A stretch of 64,000 nucleotides of DNA. Origin: Minisyncoccota bacterium. Its GTDB lineage: Bacteria > Patescibacteriota > Minisyncoccia > JAHIHE01 > JAGLIN01. Positions within the stretch are counted from its first letter, which is position 1; each line of letters starts with the position of its first letter. Below the pieces are notes generated by a model. The model saw only the letters and a list, made by a program, of their open reading frames with translations. It was not told the origin of the DNA and searched no databases. The translations under genes and the position numbers were made by a program. The stretch spans positions 12,316-76,315 of the forward strand of contig JBAZUT010000002.1 of assembly GCA_041661265.1 (NCBI GenBank). Reading direction: 5' to 3'. Below are positions 10,901 through 20,845 of the stretch, piece after piece.

Positions 10901-13900
10901 AAGTCCGGAACTTCCACTCTCCTTTGTTGAAACTTTTTCCAAAAGTCCGGCGGAATTATACTCATACTTGGTTTGTGAGCTGTCAGGATTTGTGAGGATA
11001 GTCTCGTTGCCCTGCCGGTCATATTCATACTCTGTGCGATAATTCGTCGAATCTATGGTTTTGGTTTCGGTCTTGATAAGTCCCAAAGGATCATATTCTT
11101 TCGTTTCACTGGAAGCGGAATTTATTACGGAGCACAATCGCCCCTTCCCGCCAATGCATGTGTCATACACATATGTCACTTCCATTCCGGTTTGCCCGGT
11201 GTAGTCTTCGGAAGTTTGGCGATTCAATGCGTCATAAACGTAATTGACGACCTGACCTTTCGGATCGGTCTTTGAGATCAGGTTGCCATTAGCGTCATAG
11301 GAATAACCATATGTTCCGAATGTCGGATCTGCCGGTGCGTGCAGATCTTCGGCGGAAAGCCTTCCTCCAAATGCGTCATAGGTGAAATTCCTGACGTTTC
11401 CAAGAGCATCAGTGATATTGAGCAGATTTCCTAATTTATCATAGGAATAATTGGTGGCATAGACATTGGCGCCATTATGTTCATCGACTCTAATCAGATT
11501 TCCATAAGCGTCTTTATAGAGCGTCTTTAGTGTTCCTTTGGCATCAGTCGTAGTGACTTTCCAATCGTCATAGGCACTCGTGATCGTTCCCACCGCATTC
11601 GTGGTGGAAGTCATTCTTTCAAGAGGATCGTAAACATAGGTCGAATAAAGCGCATTATCCGTTGTGGCAGAAGTTCTGGCCAAGCCAGTTGAAAAATACA
11701 GCAAGGATTCTTTTTGCAGAAGTCCTCTGTTGTTATATACCAAATCGCTTACCGAATACATATTGGCGCTTTCCGCTTCTTTTCTGGTTTGAATAACTCT
11801 TCCCAAACCGTCGAAATAGGAATAGGAATCAATACCATTGGTGGCGTCCAGATAATCCGTTTTTTTAATGCTTATTGTATTTGGCGTATCGGTATAAATA
11901 TATGAAGATTTCGTAACAAGCGTTGCAGGCACAGCTAGATCCGGTTGTTTTTCCTCGAGTACCCTGTCCAATCCGTCATATACAGTTTGGAAAACATACC
12001 CGTTCTGATCCGTCACTTGCTTGGGCTTTCCGAGGGAATAATCATGGGTGTATTGCGTGATCTGATTCAACGGATTCGTCACGCTCTCGGGATAGAGATT
12101 GTATGAATCATAGATATAACTTGTTGCGTTGTCCCTGGCGTCAGTTTCGGAAGTCACAAGGCCATAACTGTTATATGATTTTTGGGTGTTGATATAATTC
12201 GTACCGCTCTTCCACTTTTCTTCTTTGGTTTGATTTCCCTTGTTCACGCTTCCAAGGGCAAGAGTATCATAGTAATATTTCGACTCACTGACTTTATTCG
12301 CGCTTTGATCTGTTGTTATGTTCTGAGATGGAAGGCCAAAAATATTCAAGCTTGCGTTTGAAGCGTAGGAAATTGTTGTCATGAGCTTGTCCGTTCCCAC
12401 ATCCGTGAAAGTCCCGTCATCCGACCCCGTCACTTCTCCCCACTGCGTTTTGGTTGTGAGATTGCCGTTGATATCATCATAAGAAAATGTTTCCGCTTTA
12501 TCCCTATGGCTGGCATTGCCGTCAAAACTCGAATCGATTTTTTGCGTAAGCTTCACGAAATTCCTTCCTCCGCCGAGGTCATAGCTTTCCCATTTATTTA
12601 TCGTTTTGGAATAGATATTTCCGGCACTATCAGAAACTTCAGACCTATATGATCTTCCTATTTTGGAATAATTATCCAAATACTCACCTTGCGCTGAATT
12701 GGTCGCATCGCCCTGATGAAAATGCGTTGAGATTTTGTTTCCTGCGCCGTCAGTCTCTACAACTTTCGAAAAGCCTGAGAACTTGCGATCGAATGGATTT
12801 GCAGAGTCAAAGTAATATTTCCCGCCTTCATAGGAATATGTTTTTGAGAATGAATTTCCCAATCCGTCGTTGTTCGTGATCTGATAAACCGTATCGACAT
12901 TCAATGGAAGATTGGGATTAAGAAGATTATTGCCTGCGTCTTTGTATTGCGCGGATGGTTTATATGCAACATCCGTCAATCCGCCTTTAACATTAATAAT
13001 TCTTTTTGCAATTCCAATTTTTCCAATAGTATTATTCAGATAGATCATTGAAGAATAAGTTTCGGGGCTAGAAGTTTCTCTTTTTCCATAAATAAGATCC
13101 GAAAGTCCGTCACCATTCAGATCGGCGATGCGAGTGCCCGTGTCGAGATAATTCCTTCCATCGCTAAAATCCAACGACACCCAGATCGGCTTTTCCACCC
13201 ATCCGCTTCCGCTATTCATAAAGACTCTATGCAAGCCGTAATAGTCTAGAGACTGCATTAGATCGTTATAGCCGTCTCCATTAACATCGGCAACTCTCAC
13301 ACCGAGATCATCGACTCTCCCCCCATAGTTTTCGCCGTAAAAAAGAGTTGGCGGTGTATAATTAGTATCAATAGACCATCCCCCGTTTCCGTCATTGATA
13401 AATGCCCTTTGGTAAACGGTTGGAGAACTATAAAAAGAATAAGATTGCATGATGTCCTCCAAGCCGTCTCCGTTTATATCGACAAATACAACCCCCTGTT
13501 TCGTGTCAATCGGAAGAGTCCAATTCGTATCTTGAGACCAGCCTGAAGCACTATTCAGATAAATCATTGAGGAATAAGTCTCTGGATCGGATGTTTCTCT
13601 TTTTCCATATACAAGATCGGAAAGTCCGTCGCCGTTTAAATCGGCGATTCGGGAACCGGTATCTGAGCCGGTTTTGCCGTCGCTGAATTCAAGCGGAACC
13701 CAACCAGCCTGCACCATCCATCCGTTGCCGTTATTAATATATATTGTGCGCGGGCCATTATTGCCCATCGATTGAATAAGATCCATGAGTCCGTCGCCGT
13801 TCACATCAATCGGACGAACGCCTTGATCTTTAACGGCACCAAACTCATCATGAAAAAATGGAATGGGTGTCAGATTATTATTTTGAACCCAGCCGCCATT

Positions 13901-15301
13901 GCTATTATTAATAAATGCCCTTTTGAGCGTTCCCGTATTACTGCTGTAATAAGATTGCAAAATATCGGGAAAACCGTCGCCGTTTAAATCGGCAATTATT
14001 ATTCCTTCCCGAGTATCGACCGGAAGTGACCAAGAATAATCTCTGGTCCAGCCGTCAGTTCCGGTTCGATATTCGAAACTCGTTGCAGGAAGCGTCACGA
14101 CATTGCTACTTTCGTCCTGCCCTGATTCAGTAATTGAATAAAGCGTTGACCTTACAGTATTATCGCCCGTTGTATAAGCTAAAGCATATTTTTTTACCCA
14201 TATCCCGTTCGCTTTCGCCTGGATCTCATTAATCCTGTAGCTGGTTTTAACTTGGAATCCTGAAACGTAGCTTGTATTGGCATCGCTTCTTGTTTCCCTT
14301 ATGAATTCCACAGTGAAAATTCCGTCCGTTGCACCGTTTCCGGTGTAAATTATTCTTGAAGGATAAATTTGCCCCGCATCTTTGAAATATTCATAACGAA
14401 TGTAGTTATCATTCAGATCCCGCACCTCTTCGAGCATCCATTTGTAGACTTTCGCTGAATCATTGGGATTATCTTGTCTGGAGTTTGCATTCAATCCGAA
14501 CTTATATTTTGTTCCGGATTTATCGGTTACAGTCCAAGTGTTATTTGAAAACTCATACTTTAGGAAATCTCCATTTTCAATCTTCGCACTGTATTGCGTT
14601 CCACTTATGAAAACAAGTTCTCCTGAAATAGATGAGCTAAAATAGTTTTCCGTGTAAAGTTTATCCGTACCTTTTTTGTTGATTCTTTCAATATATGAGA
14701 TGTCGACACTCCATCCATAGCCCATTATATTATCATTACTTGCGTTCTGGCTATTATAGGAAAGGCCTAAGCTAGGCTGTATTCCATTTCTTCCAGGAGG
14801 CGTTTCAATGGAGTAGCTATATACAAGAGCCCCTGTTGCGGCATCTGATTCCGGAGTACTTACCCTTGTCTTTGAATTATTGTTATAATTTGAAGCGCCA
14901 TTATCATTCCCAGGATCGGACGGGTTGGAAGCGCTTTGAGCTCCAGTAAGACCGTCACCCGGCTTTTCCTTGTCTTTTGTTTTATCGGAATTATTATCAT
15001 TCGTTTTGTCTTTTGATTGAGCATTTTCAGGACTTGCAAGATCAATGATTTTAGAATCCTCCGAGAAAGAAGCCGTTTCGCCAGCACTTTCGGAACCGAA
15101 AAATGCCTCCACGGGGACACTATTTTCTATTGGATCGGCGGACGTATTATCCAATGGCACAGATTCAGAGACCGCTTGCGCGTTTGCATGAATCGATAAA
15201 ACTGGCGCAAAAGAAGAGAAGATAAACAAAAAAGCCAACGAAATAACCGCTGACTTCTTTGTCCAACTTCTTAGGCTTTTCTGCAATTTGTTGGAACGCA
15301 T
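7940..15301 (-). CDS. Secreted RHS/YD-repeat polymorphic toxin: SpvB-like + FG-GAP + YD repeats + 2x LamG + RHS core + URI/GIY-YIG-type nuclease tip
   Basis: Signal peptide; PPGRNGIQPSLGLSYNS and GYGWS (SpvB/TcB N-term); DLNGDG repeats; YD repeats; two LamG domains (GFWNFNE...GKIDEARVYN); YYPYG, NARYY, NNPLVNIDESG core; tip HGNS...LYEL...LKYGIT...RY. Confidence 0.9.
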   Translation of the reverse strand: MRSNKLQKSLRSWTKKSAVISLAFLFIFSSFAPVLSIHANAQAVSESVPLDNTSADPIENSVPVEAFFGSESAGETASFSEDSKIIDLASPENAQSKDKTNDNNSDKTKDKEKPGDGLTGAQSASNPSDPGNDNGASNYNNNSKTRVSTPESDAATGALVYSYSIETPPGRNGIQPSLGLSYNSQNASNDNIMGYGWSVDISYIERINKKGTDKLYTENYFSSSISGELVFISGTQYSAKIENGDFLKYEFSNNTWTVTDKSGTKYKFGLNANSRQDNPNDSAKVYKWMLEEVRDLNDNYIRYEYFKDAGQIYPSRIIYTGNGATDGIFTVEFIRETRSDANTSYVSGFQVKTSYRINEIQAKANGIWVKKYALAYTTGDNTVRSTLYSITESGQDESSNVVTLPATSFEYRTGTDGWTRDYSWSLPVDTREGIIIADLNGDGFPDILQSYYSSNTGTLKRAFINNSNGGWVQNNNLTPIPFFHDEFGAVKDQGVRPIDVNGDGLMDLIQSMGNNGPRTIYINNGNGWMVQAGWVPLEFSDGKTGSDTGSRIADLNGDGLSDLVYGKRETSDPETYSSMIYLNSASGWSQDTNWTLPIDTKQGVVFVDINGDGLEDIMQSYSFYSSPTVYQRAFINDGNGGWSIDTNYTPPTLFYGENYGGRVDDLGVRVADVNGDGYNDLMQSLDYYGLHRVFMNSGSGWVEKPIWVSLDFSDGRNYLDTGTRIADLNGDGLSDLIYGKRETSSPETYSSMIYLNNTIGKIGIAKRIINVKGGLTDVAYKPSAQYKDAGNNLLNPNLPLNVDTVYQITNNDGLGNSFSKTYSYEGGKYYFDSANPFDRKFSGFSKVVETDGAGNKISTHFHQGDATNSAQGEYLDNYSKIGRSYRSEVSDSAGNIYSKTINKWESYDLGGGRNFVKLTQKIDSSFDGNASHRDKAETFSYDDINGNLTTKTQWGEVTGSDDGTFTDVGTDKLMTTISYASNASLNIFGLPSQNITTDQSANKVSESKYYYDTLALGSVNKGNQTKEEKWKSGTNYINTQKSYNSYGLVTSETDARDNATSYIYDSYNLYPESVTNPLNQITQYTHDYSLGKPKQVTDQNGYVFQTVYDGLDRVLEEKQPDLAVPATLVTKSSYIYTDTPNTISIKKTDYLDATNGIDSYSYFDGLGRVIQTRKEAESANMYSVSDLVYNNRGLLQKESLLYFSTGLARTSATTDNALYSTYVYDPLERMTSTTNAVGTITSAYDDWKVTTTDAKGTLKTLYKDAYGNLIRVDEHNGANVYATNYSYDKLGNLLNITDALGNVRNFTYDAFGGRLSAEDLHAPADPTFGTYGYSYDANGNLISKTDPKGQVVNYVYDALNRQTSEDYTGQTGMEVTYVYDTCIGGKGRLCSVINSASSETKEYDPLGLIKTETKTIDSTNYRTEYEYDRQGNETILTNPDSSQTKYEYNSAGLLEKVSTKESGSSGLPSNTDLVGFWNFNEGTGISAGDSSGSGHNGTLENMESSDWVQGVNGTALNFDGINERIDMGIMENVPAGQGITVSVWINPAELTSGGHVISRYSPSGIQYSMWKGSNDVAFFINGGSGGNYVVAYDVLSTSTWTHLVGVFNDATKEHKLYANGVLIQSRIYNVTLNNPAVKTLVGTSNYYQDYFNGKIDEARVYNKVLTDAEILALYQKPSGSVSSNFTDLVTNYDYSPLGKVTTQTYANGVSTTNTYDAMKLYRLSSKVTTIAGGGHGQDLAYAYDANGNITRIVDNSATNSKKTTDYIYDSLNRLLSATATGVTQSDVGIAGYWNFNESSGQVASDSSGNGNSGTLSGGMTNANWVSGISGNALDLDGGDDEIIVSDSLSLSPSLPITMSAWVNPDSLSGNRGIIGKWNTSWETMAYAMMILPNGALRGFFADGTNLAGKDSVGGVISTGSWYHIAAVVRGLNDVSLYVNGQEVSGTYGGNATSTYDNTAPMRMGAIVPGSGNNIDGKLDEVRIYNRTLSSQEILDLYNSPGASGSQNYTETYVYDAIGNITNKSDQGNYAYSQTGKANPHAVTSMGSANYAYDDNGNLLTASGGLTNTWDYSNRITQSVVGATTVTYGYDASGQRVKYATGSSTTVYPSRYYNTDGTPTKHVFAGGQLVATIKGTGASAQVYSVSTDHLTGSNIVTNSSGTVEESMDYYPYGDIRLDEKASSFNEQRKYAGHEYDTDTGLSYMNARYYNGRIGKFVSQDPAFLNLSQLKIQLVDPQSWNSYAYARNNPLVNIDESGQFWDTVIDAATTYYDTVRYGERMMVAAAGAVNIGIGTAMNNQRLINAGDAQLSQGVQGMDNLRSDIAMDAAGTAIPGVPILGLKAVKNVDEVANISKPIIGKMDDIGKTFVGQTKKIHGNSLDSPKNTFLYELFDNKGSHLKYGITSKEDPLKRYTNKFMEDKSMKVLGSGSRREMYQKEASIIKNNPRGPLQKNNH

Positions 15302-15517
15302 TTTAGTGAAGGTTAATTAATAAATTAGGAATTGCGAGATTGCTTCTCCGCCCAGGGCGGATCGCAATGACATAAACGCATTTCCTATTAATTTTAAAAG
15401 TTCCCTCCCTACTTTTGATGAATTGTAGCAAGCCAATACTGATTGTCAATTGAAACATGAAAGATGTGTGGATAACTCTTCGCCGCTTCACACACCCCTG
15501 AATCCCCCCCTGATAAG

Positions 15518-16740
15518 CACGGCTGTATCACCCTATCAATTAACCCCATTTTGTGCTATTCTTAAGGTAATATTTATCAATTAAATAATATTACTCTATG
15601 AAAAACATAAAATCTAAAAAGAAAAATTTGTATGAACTATTGAATCAATTAGATGATTATCGAAGAAAACAAGGAAGGATGCACGAATTGAGATTTGCGC
15701 TTGTCTTAGCGATTATGTCCATCATGAGCGGTTTCTCCAGCTTGCGAGCAATGGGTGATTTTATCAAAAAAAATAAGAAGGAACTGATAAAAATATTTAA
15801 ACCGAAAAAAGACAGACTGCCGACATACTTAACGATTAATCGTGTTTTGCAAAATGTTGATTTTAATAAATTTACTCAAATCTTTCAAAAATGGGCTATC
15901 GGTTATGTAAAAATAGAAGATAACGAATGGGTATCGATTGATGGAAAAGCTATTGGCGGAACCGCAGACTGCTTGCAAGACAACAAACAAAAATTTATCA
16001 GTTTAGTGTCAGTATTTTTAAGCAAGAAAAAACAAGTGCTTCAAGCCGGTAAAATCGATAACGGGAAAGAAAGCGAGATACCGAAAGTCAGAGAGTTAAT
16101 TAAAATTTTAGATCTAGAAGGAGCTGTACTCACTATGGATGCTTTGCATTGCCAGAAAGAAACCGTGCAGGCAATCATCAAAAGCAATAATAATTATTGC
16201 ATAGGCGTAAAAGGAAATCAAAAGAAATTATACGAACAATTAAAAAAAACACAAAAACCGGCAAACCGATAAACACCGACAGAATAAAGGAAAAAAGCCG
16301 AAACAGAATGGAATTAAGGGTGGCGAATGTTTACAATAATCTTAACGGAATTAATTCAGGATGGATAGGATTGCAAAGCATTGTTAAAGTGAAAAGAACG
16401 ATCAGGTTTACAGGAGGGAAAAACAAAGATAAGGTTTTTAAAGAAATAGCTTATTTCATTTCCAGTCTGCCGTCTAACACCAAAGCTGGAACATTTAATC
16501 AAGGAATAAGGAGTCATTGGTCGATTGAAAATTCACTGCACTACATCAAAGATAAAACTTTCAGAGAAGACAGCTCCCGCATCAGAACAAAAAACGCTCC
16601 GGCAAATCTTTCACTTATTAGAAATATAGCGATTAATATTTTTAGAGAAAACAACTACTCGAATATCGCTCAAGCGATCAGGTTAATTTCAAATGATATA
16701 TCTAAAATGTTTGAGCTGATAGAAGGGTGACACAGCCGTG
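15518..16740 (+). mobile_element. ISAs1-family insertion sequence
   Basis: 17-bp TIRs CACGGCTGTATCACCCT / AGGGTGACACAGCCGTG (1 mismatch) enclosing the transposase. Confidence 0.88.
15598..16730 (+). CDS. ISAs1 DDE transposase split into two frames (-1 shift at the A8 run 16242-16249)
   Basis: ORF1 has IDGK, KESEIP, TMDALHCQKET, VKGNQKKL; ORF2 has IRSHWSIENSLHYIKDKTFRED. Confidence 0.85.
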
Positions 16741-16940
16741 CCCTCTAGAGGGGATTTACATTGTATGTCATTCCTGCCCTGATATACATCAGGATAAACT
16801 CCAGCAGGGATCCAGAATGACAAAATACATGGATACCCGCGTTCGCGAGTATGACAAGATACATGGATTCCGTGTCCATCACAAAACCACAGAGCACTTT
16901 CAAGCATTATTGAGGTTCAACCTCGATAAAAACACACCCC

Positions 16941-17570
16941 TCATTCCCCTCTCAAGAGGGGACTTTTAGCCTCTGCTGTTTTTTTCTTTTTCCAGAAATA
17001 TACGGCCAAAAAGACCAGCGAAAGGACAATCAGAACATCCAATCCGTTGAAAACTGCGATGATGTTCTTCCAATGCGGACCGAGCCAGAATCCGACATAG
17101 GCAAGAGCAAAACACCATGGGATCGATCCCACAAAACTGAAAATAATCAATTTCTTCACGTCATATTTTCCCATTCCCGCAGGAAGCGATATGAAAGTCC
17201 TGACAACAGGAAGAAGCCTTGAGAAAAACACCGCCCTGTCTCCATATTTGCGAAACCACTCCTCCGCGATCTCGAGATGATGATGATTCATGAAAATATA
17301 TTTTCCATATCTGTCTATGAACGGCCGGCCTCCCCACAGCCCGACATAATAGGAAACAACCGAGCCCGCCATACACCCCGCCGCACCCACAATGCTTATT
17401 AAAACCAGATCGAATATCCCCTGATAGGCAAGATATCCCGAAAAAGTCATGATCACTTCGCTCGGGATCGGAATCGCTGCACTTTCCAGGGCCATGAGAA
17501 TAAAGACTCCCGCATATCCTACAGCTGAAATAAAAGCTTCTACATAAGTTGAAACGAATTCGGCGATCAT
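16941..17570 (-). CDS. DedA-family membrane protein
   Basis: LESAAIPIPSE, FFSRLLPVVRTFISLPAG. Confidence 0.95.
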   Translation of the reverse strand: MIAEFVSTYVEAFISAVGYAGVFILMALESAAIPIPSEVIMTFSGYLAYQGIFDLVLISIVGAAGCMAGSVVSYYVGLWGGRPFIDRYGKYIFMNHHHLEIAEEWFRKYGDRAVFFSRLLPVVRTFISLPAGMGKYDVKKLIIFSFVGSIPWCFALAYVGFWLGPHWKNIIAVFNGLDVLIVLSLVFLAVYFWKKKKTAEAKSPLLRGE

Positions 17571-17723
17571 GAAAAATATATTAATAGTAAAGTATAAATT
17601 AAAACATATTTGGCAATTGTAAACTATTTTCTAGAGATAAAATAATATTTCGCAATTTTCAATTTCTAATTTCTAATTTTTATTTAATGATTAATTATTA
17701 ATTTCTAGACTTTATTAATTATT

Positions 17724-18316
17724 GTCATTGCGAGAAAGCTTGTACTCAAGCTGACGAAGCAATCTCTATGTTATTCCAGAGGCAAATCTCTAAACTCAGG
17801 ATTCATATTTTTAATCAAATTTATTTTCTTCTTTCTTGAGCCGCCTTTAATCTGCTTTTCTCTTGCGATGGCGTCATTTATATTATTATAGATCTCATAA
17901 TAAACCAGCTTAGTAATATTGTATCTACTCGTAAATCCCTTGATCGTTTTATTCTTATGTTCATAGACTCTTCTGGCCAGGTTGTTGGTAACACCCGTAT
18001 ATAGAACTGTATTAAATTTATTCGTCATTATATAAAGATAATATTGATTTGTTTTCATAAAATAACAACTGAAGAGATTGCTTCTCCGCCCTGGGCGGAT
18101 CGCAATGACAGAGACGTGATAATCCGTATCACATGGAATAGATTGTCCACTTTCGACGGATCTGCCGGAGACATGACTTCCCTGCGTGCTGCCTCGCAAT
18201 GACAGAGTCTCGTCTGAGAATTGGCTCATTCAAAATTTAATAGAAATTAGAAATTGAAAATTAGAAATTTAAATAAAGTCGAGATTGCTTCTCCGCCCTG
18301 GGCGGATCGCAATGAC
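17724..18316. repeat. REP-like palindromes, GTCATTGCGAG...GAAGCAATC / GAGATTGCTTC...CGCAATGAC family (also at ~5796 and 15336)
   Basis: GAGATTGCTTCTCCGCCC(A/T)GGGCGGATCGCAATGAC at 15336, 18073 and 18281; inverted partner at 17724. Confidence 0.82.
17771..18058 (-). CDS. GIY-YIG nuclease (small, YhbQ-like)
   Basis: Start reassigned to MKTNQYYLYIM. Motifs LYTGVTNNLARRVYEHK and AIAREKQIKGGSRKKK. Confidence 0.9.
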   Translation of the reverse strand: MKTNQYYLYIMTNKFNTVLYTGVTNNLARRVYEHKNKTIKGFTSRYNITKLVYYEIYNNINDAIAREKQIKGGSRKKKINLIKNMNPEFRDLPLE

Positions 18317-18327
18317 AAACTGCGATA

Positions 18328-19581
18328 TTATTTCTGTCTATACGTTACTCGATAAACCACCCCCGCCCTATCGTCGGAAATATACAAAGTTCCGCCCGGA
18401 AGCGCGAGAATATCAACCGGACGTCCGAGCGCCCCATCGCTTGTCAGCCACCCTGCCATAAAGTCTTCTTCGCCAAGATACTTTCCATCCTTATCAAGCT
18501 TATATCTTACGATCTTATATCCCGCCGGAGTGCTCCGATTCCACGATCCGTGATATGCGACCAGAAGGTTATACCACATATCTTCGGGCCAGCCTTCCTC
18601 GGGAATATAGGCGAGCCCCAGCGGAGCGGAGTGCGCCGGAATGTCTATATATGATGGAGTCTCAAAAGGCTCCATGCATGGATTCCGGATATAGGTGTTC
18701 TTGTCGAAATCCGCGTCATGTATATTTTTTCCATAGCAAATAGGCCATCCGTAATTCTTGCCGTCTTCGATTATATTTATCTCATCCGGAGGAAGATCAT
18801 CTCCAAGAAAGTCCCTTCCCATTTCTGTCGCCCAAATTTTTCCGTTCACCGGATGAATTGCCATGAATACTGAATTACGAAGCCCGGTCGCAAAATCCTT
18901 GAGATCTTTTGTCCCCAGGTCATAAACCAATATTTTCGCCCGGTCCGCATTCTTTTCGACGCAGACATCGCACGAAGAACCGACGGATATCAGAAGCTTA
19001 TTCTCGTCGGGACTCGGCATGAACATGATCGTGCGGGTGATGTGCCGGCCGTCCGCGGGCAGATCAACGATCTTTTTCACGTTCGTCGCCGTCAAATTCG
19101 CTTTGTCGAAATCAAACTCTGAAACTTTGTCCGTCTCGGCAATATACATCTTGCATTTTTCATCTCCCCCTTCCGCCGCCTCGCACTTGAAAGCAAATCC
19201 ATGGGGATCGTTCAGATTTTCCGCAACGACACGATTCTCCTCCGCAACGCCGTCATTATTACCGTCGATCAGCGCGTATATCTTTCCCTTGCCCGGGACG
19301 CTGACAAAAAGCGATCCTCCCGGCGCGAATTGAAGCACTCTCGGGTCCCCAAGGTCTTTGGCATAGACCGATACGATTGATCCGTCTTTTATGGACAGGG
19401 GTTTCTTTCCCTCCTTTATGATATCAACGATATTCTCAGAAGGTCTTTTGACGATCGGCCAGACTCCGCTGAAATTTATCCATAGGAAAATTACGACATA
19501 CGACAAAACCACGACCAGAATAATGATCACCAAATACTTGATTGTCTTTCTGTTTATAATTTTCAGTTGGATTGGATCCAT
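18328..19581 (-). CDS. PQQ-dependent sugar/sorbosone dehydrogenase family beta-propeller, membrane anchored
   Basis: SVGSSCDVC, ATGLRNSV, PPDEIN, NYGWP, AHSAPLG, HGSWNR, GRPVD. Confidence 0.9.
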   Translation of the reverse strand: MDPIQLKIINRKTIKYLVIIILVVVLSYVVIFLWINFSGVWPIVKRPSENIVDIIKEGKKPLSIKDGSIVSVYAKDLGDPRVLQFAPGGSLFVSVPGKGKIYALIDGNNDGVAEENRVVAENLNDPHGFAFKCEAAEGGDEKCKMYIAETDKVSEFDFDKANLTATNVKKIVDLPADGRHITRTIMFMPSPDENKLLISVGSSCDVCVEKNADRAKILVYDLGTKDLKDFATGLRNSVFMAIHPVNGKIWATEMGRDFLGDDLPPDEINIIEDGKNYGWPICYGKNIHDADFDKNTYIRNPCMEPFETPSYIDIPAHSAPLGLAYIPEEGWPEDMWYNLLVAYHGSWNRSTPAGYKIVRYKLDKDGKYLGEEDFMAGWLTSDGALGRPVDILALPGGTLYISDDRAGVVYRVTYRQK

Positions 19582-19896
19582 TGTCTCAATTTAATAAATT
19601 ATTTCATCCTGCTATTCGCCTGAAGCCCGCATGTCACAGGATAAACTCCAGCAGGAATCCAGAGCAGCAACGCTGTCATCCCTGACTTGCCTGTCCGCCT
19701 TTGGAGGAATCAGGGATCCAGGGCCGTATTCTCGATTCCTGGATTCCGGCTCTTTGGCCGGAATGACTCGTGTTTGTCATTCCCGTGAAAACGGGAATCC
19801 AGGTTTCGTATTTAATCCAAGTTCTGGATACCCGCGTTCGCGAGTATGACAAGGTGGATAGATTCCGGCTCTTCGGCCGGAATAACACTTCTTGCA

Positions 19897-20208
19897 TCAT
19901 TCTAATAAATTCCGATATAGATCTTTCCATTCAGGATTTGACTTCTCGATCAATTCTATCTTCCATTTTCTTTTCCATTTCTTAAGAAGCTTTTCTCTTT
20001 CAATAGCACTTCCTATATCAATTGCATCTTCGTAATATACAAGATTATGAACAGAATATCTTTTTGTAAATCCATCTATTAAATTATTTTTGTGCTCGGA
20101 AATCCTTCGTATCAGATCATTCGTTATACCGATATACAAAGTTCCATTTCTTTTACTTGCAAGAATATAAATAAAATAACGTTTCATGAATGTTTTTTTA
20201 TATGTCAT
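19897..20208 (-). CDS. GIY-YIG nuclease (small)
   Basis: YILASKRNGTLYIGITNDL...REKLLKKWKRKWKIELIEKSNPEW. Confidence 0.92.
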   Translation of the reverse strand: MTYKKTFMKRYFIYILASKRNGTLYIGITNDLIRRISEHKNNLIDGFTKRYSVHNLVYYEDAIDIGSAIEREKLLKKWKRKWKIELIEKSNPEWKDLYRNLLE

Positions 20209-20403
20209 CCCTGACTTGCCTGTCCGCCTTTGGAGGAATCAGGGACCCGCTCGATTCATGGATTCCGTGTCAAGCACGGAATGACAAAATAAACAAATAC
20301 CCTTTACTAGTAAGTGCAACATATCAGATTTGTCATTCCTGCCCCGTATCAGATACGGGATAAACTCCAGCAGGAATCCGGAATGACAAGATGCATGAAT
20401 GGA

Positions 20404-20844
20404 TCAAGATTCCCGACTCTCGCTCCTCCAAAATATTTTCTTATCCTTCAACCACTCCGCAACCGCTTTCTTCAACGATACCGGCAGAACTTTTTTCCCA
20501 GCGAATTCATCAAGGGAAAGCAGCTCGAACTCCAGATGATCTTCTCTGCTCTTGAACTCATACTGAAACACCTCGGCTTCGAAAACAAGATTTATTTCAT
20601 GATGTTCATATGAATCCCTGAAAATATTTTCCACCGCGCCAATGAATGCCGTTTTTCCGATCCTTGCTCCCAACTCTTCAAGGAATTCTCTCTTGAGAGC
20701 AATTTCCGTCCTCTCGCCTTTTTCAACATGCCCGCCCGGAAAAAAATAATGGCCTTTTTCCTTCGCCCTGCAAAGCAAGATCTTTCCGTTTTGGACAACG
20801 ACCGCCCTTGCGATCACTTCGAAATTTTCCGGATGTTCCGACAT
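20404..20844 (-). CDS. NUDIX hydrolase
   Basis: Nudix box PGGHVEKGERTEIALKREFLEELG. Confidence 0.92.
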   Translation of the reverse strand: MSEHPENFEVIARAVVVQNGKILLCRAKEKGHYFFPGGHVEKGERTEIALKREFLEELGARIGKTAFIGAVENIFRDSYEHHEINLVFEAEVFQYEFKSREDHLEFELLSLDEFAGKKVLPVSLKKAVAEWLKDKKIFWRSESRES

Positions 20845-20845
20845 A

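Larger units (their letters stand above)
16767..20388. repeat. Dispersed REP-like palindromes, GTCAT(T/C)CC...GGAATGAC family
   Basis: Copies near 16767, 16830, 19635, 19675, 19776, 19825, 20204, 20259, 20332. TGGATACCCGCGTTCGCGAGTATGACAAG occurs twice; GTCATCCCTGACTTGCCTGTCCGCCTTTGGAGGAATCAGGGA occurs twice. Confidence 0.8.

Noticed and set aside
8408-15199. Short ORFs overlapping the RHS gene
   Set aside because: Alternative-frame or antisense shadows with no recognisable motifs.
17771-18229. 152-aa version of the GIY-YIG ORF
   Set aside because: The N-terminal extension is translated REP sequence; the real start is most likely 18058.
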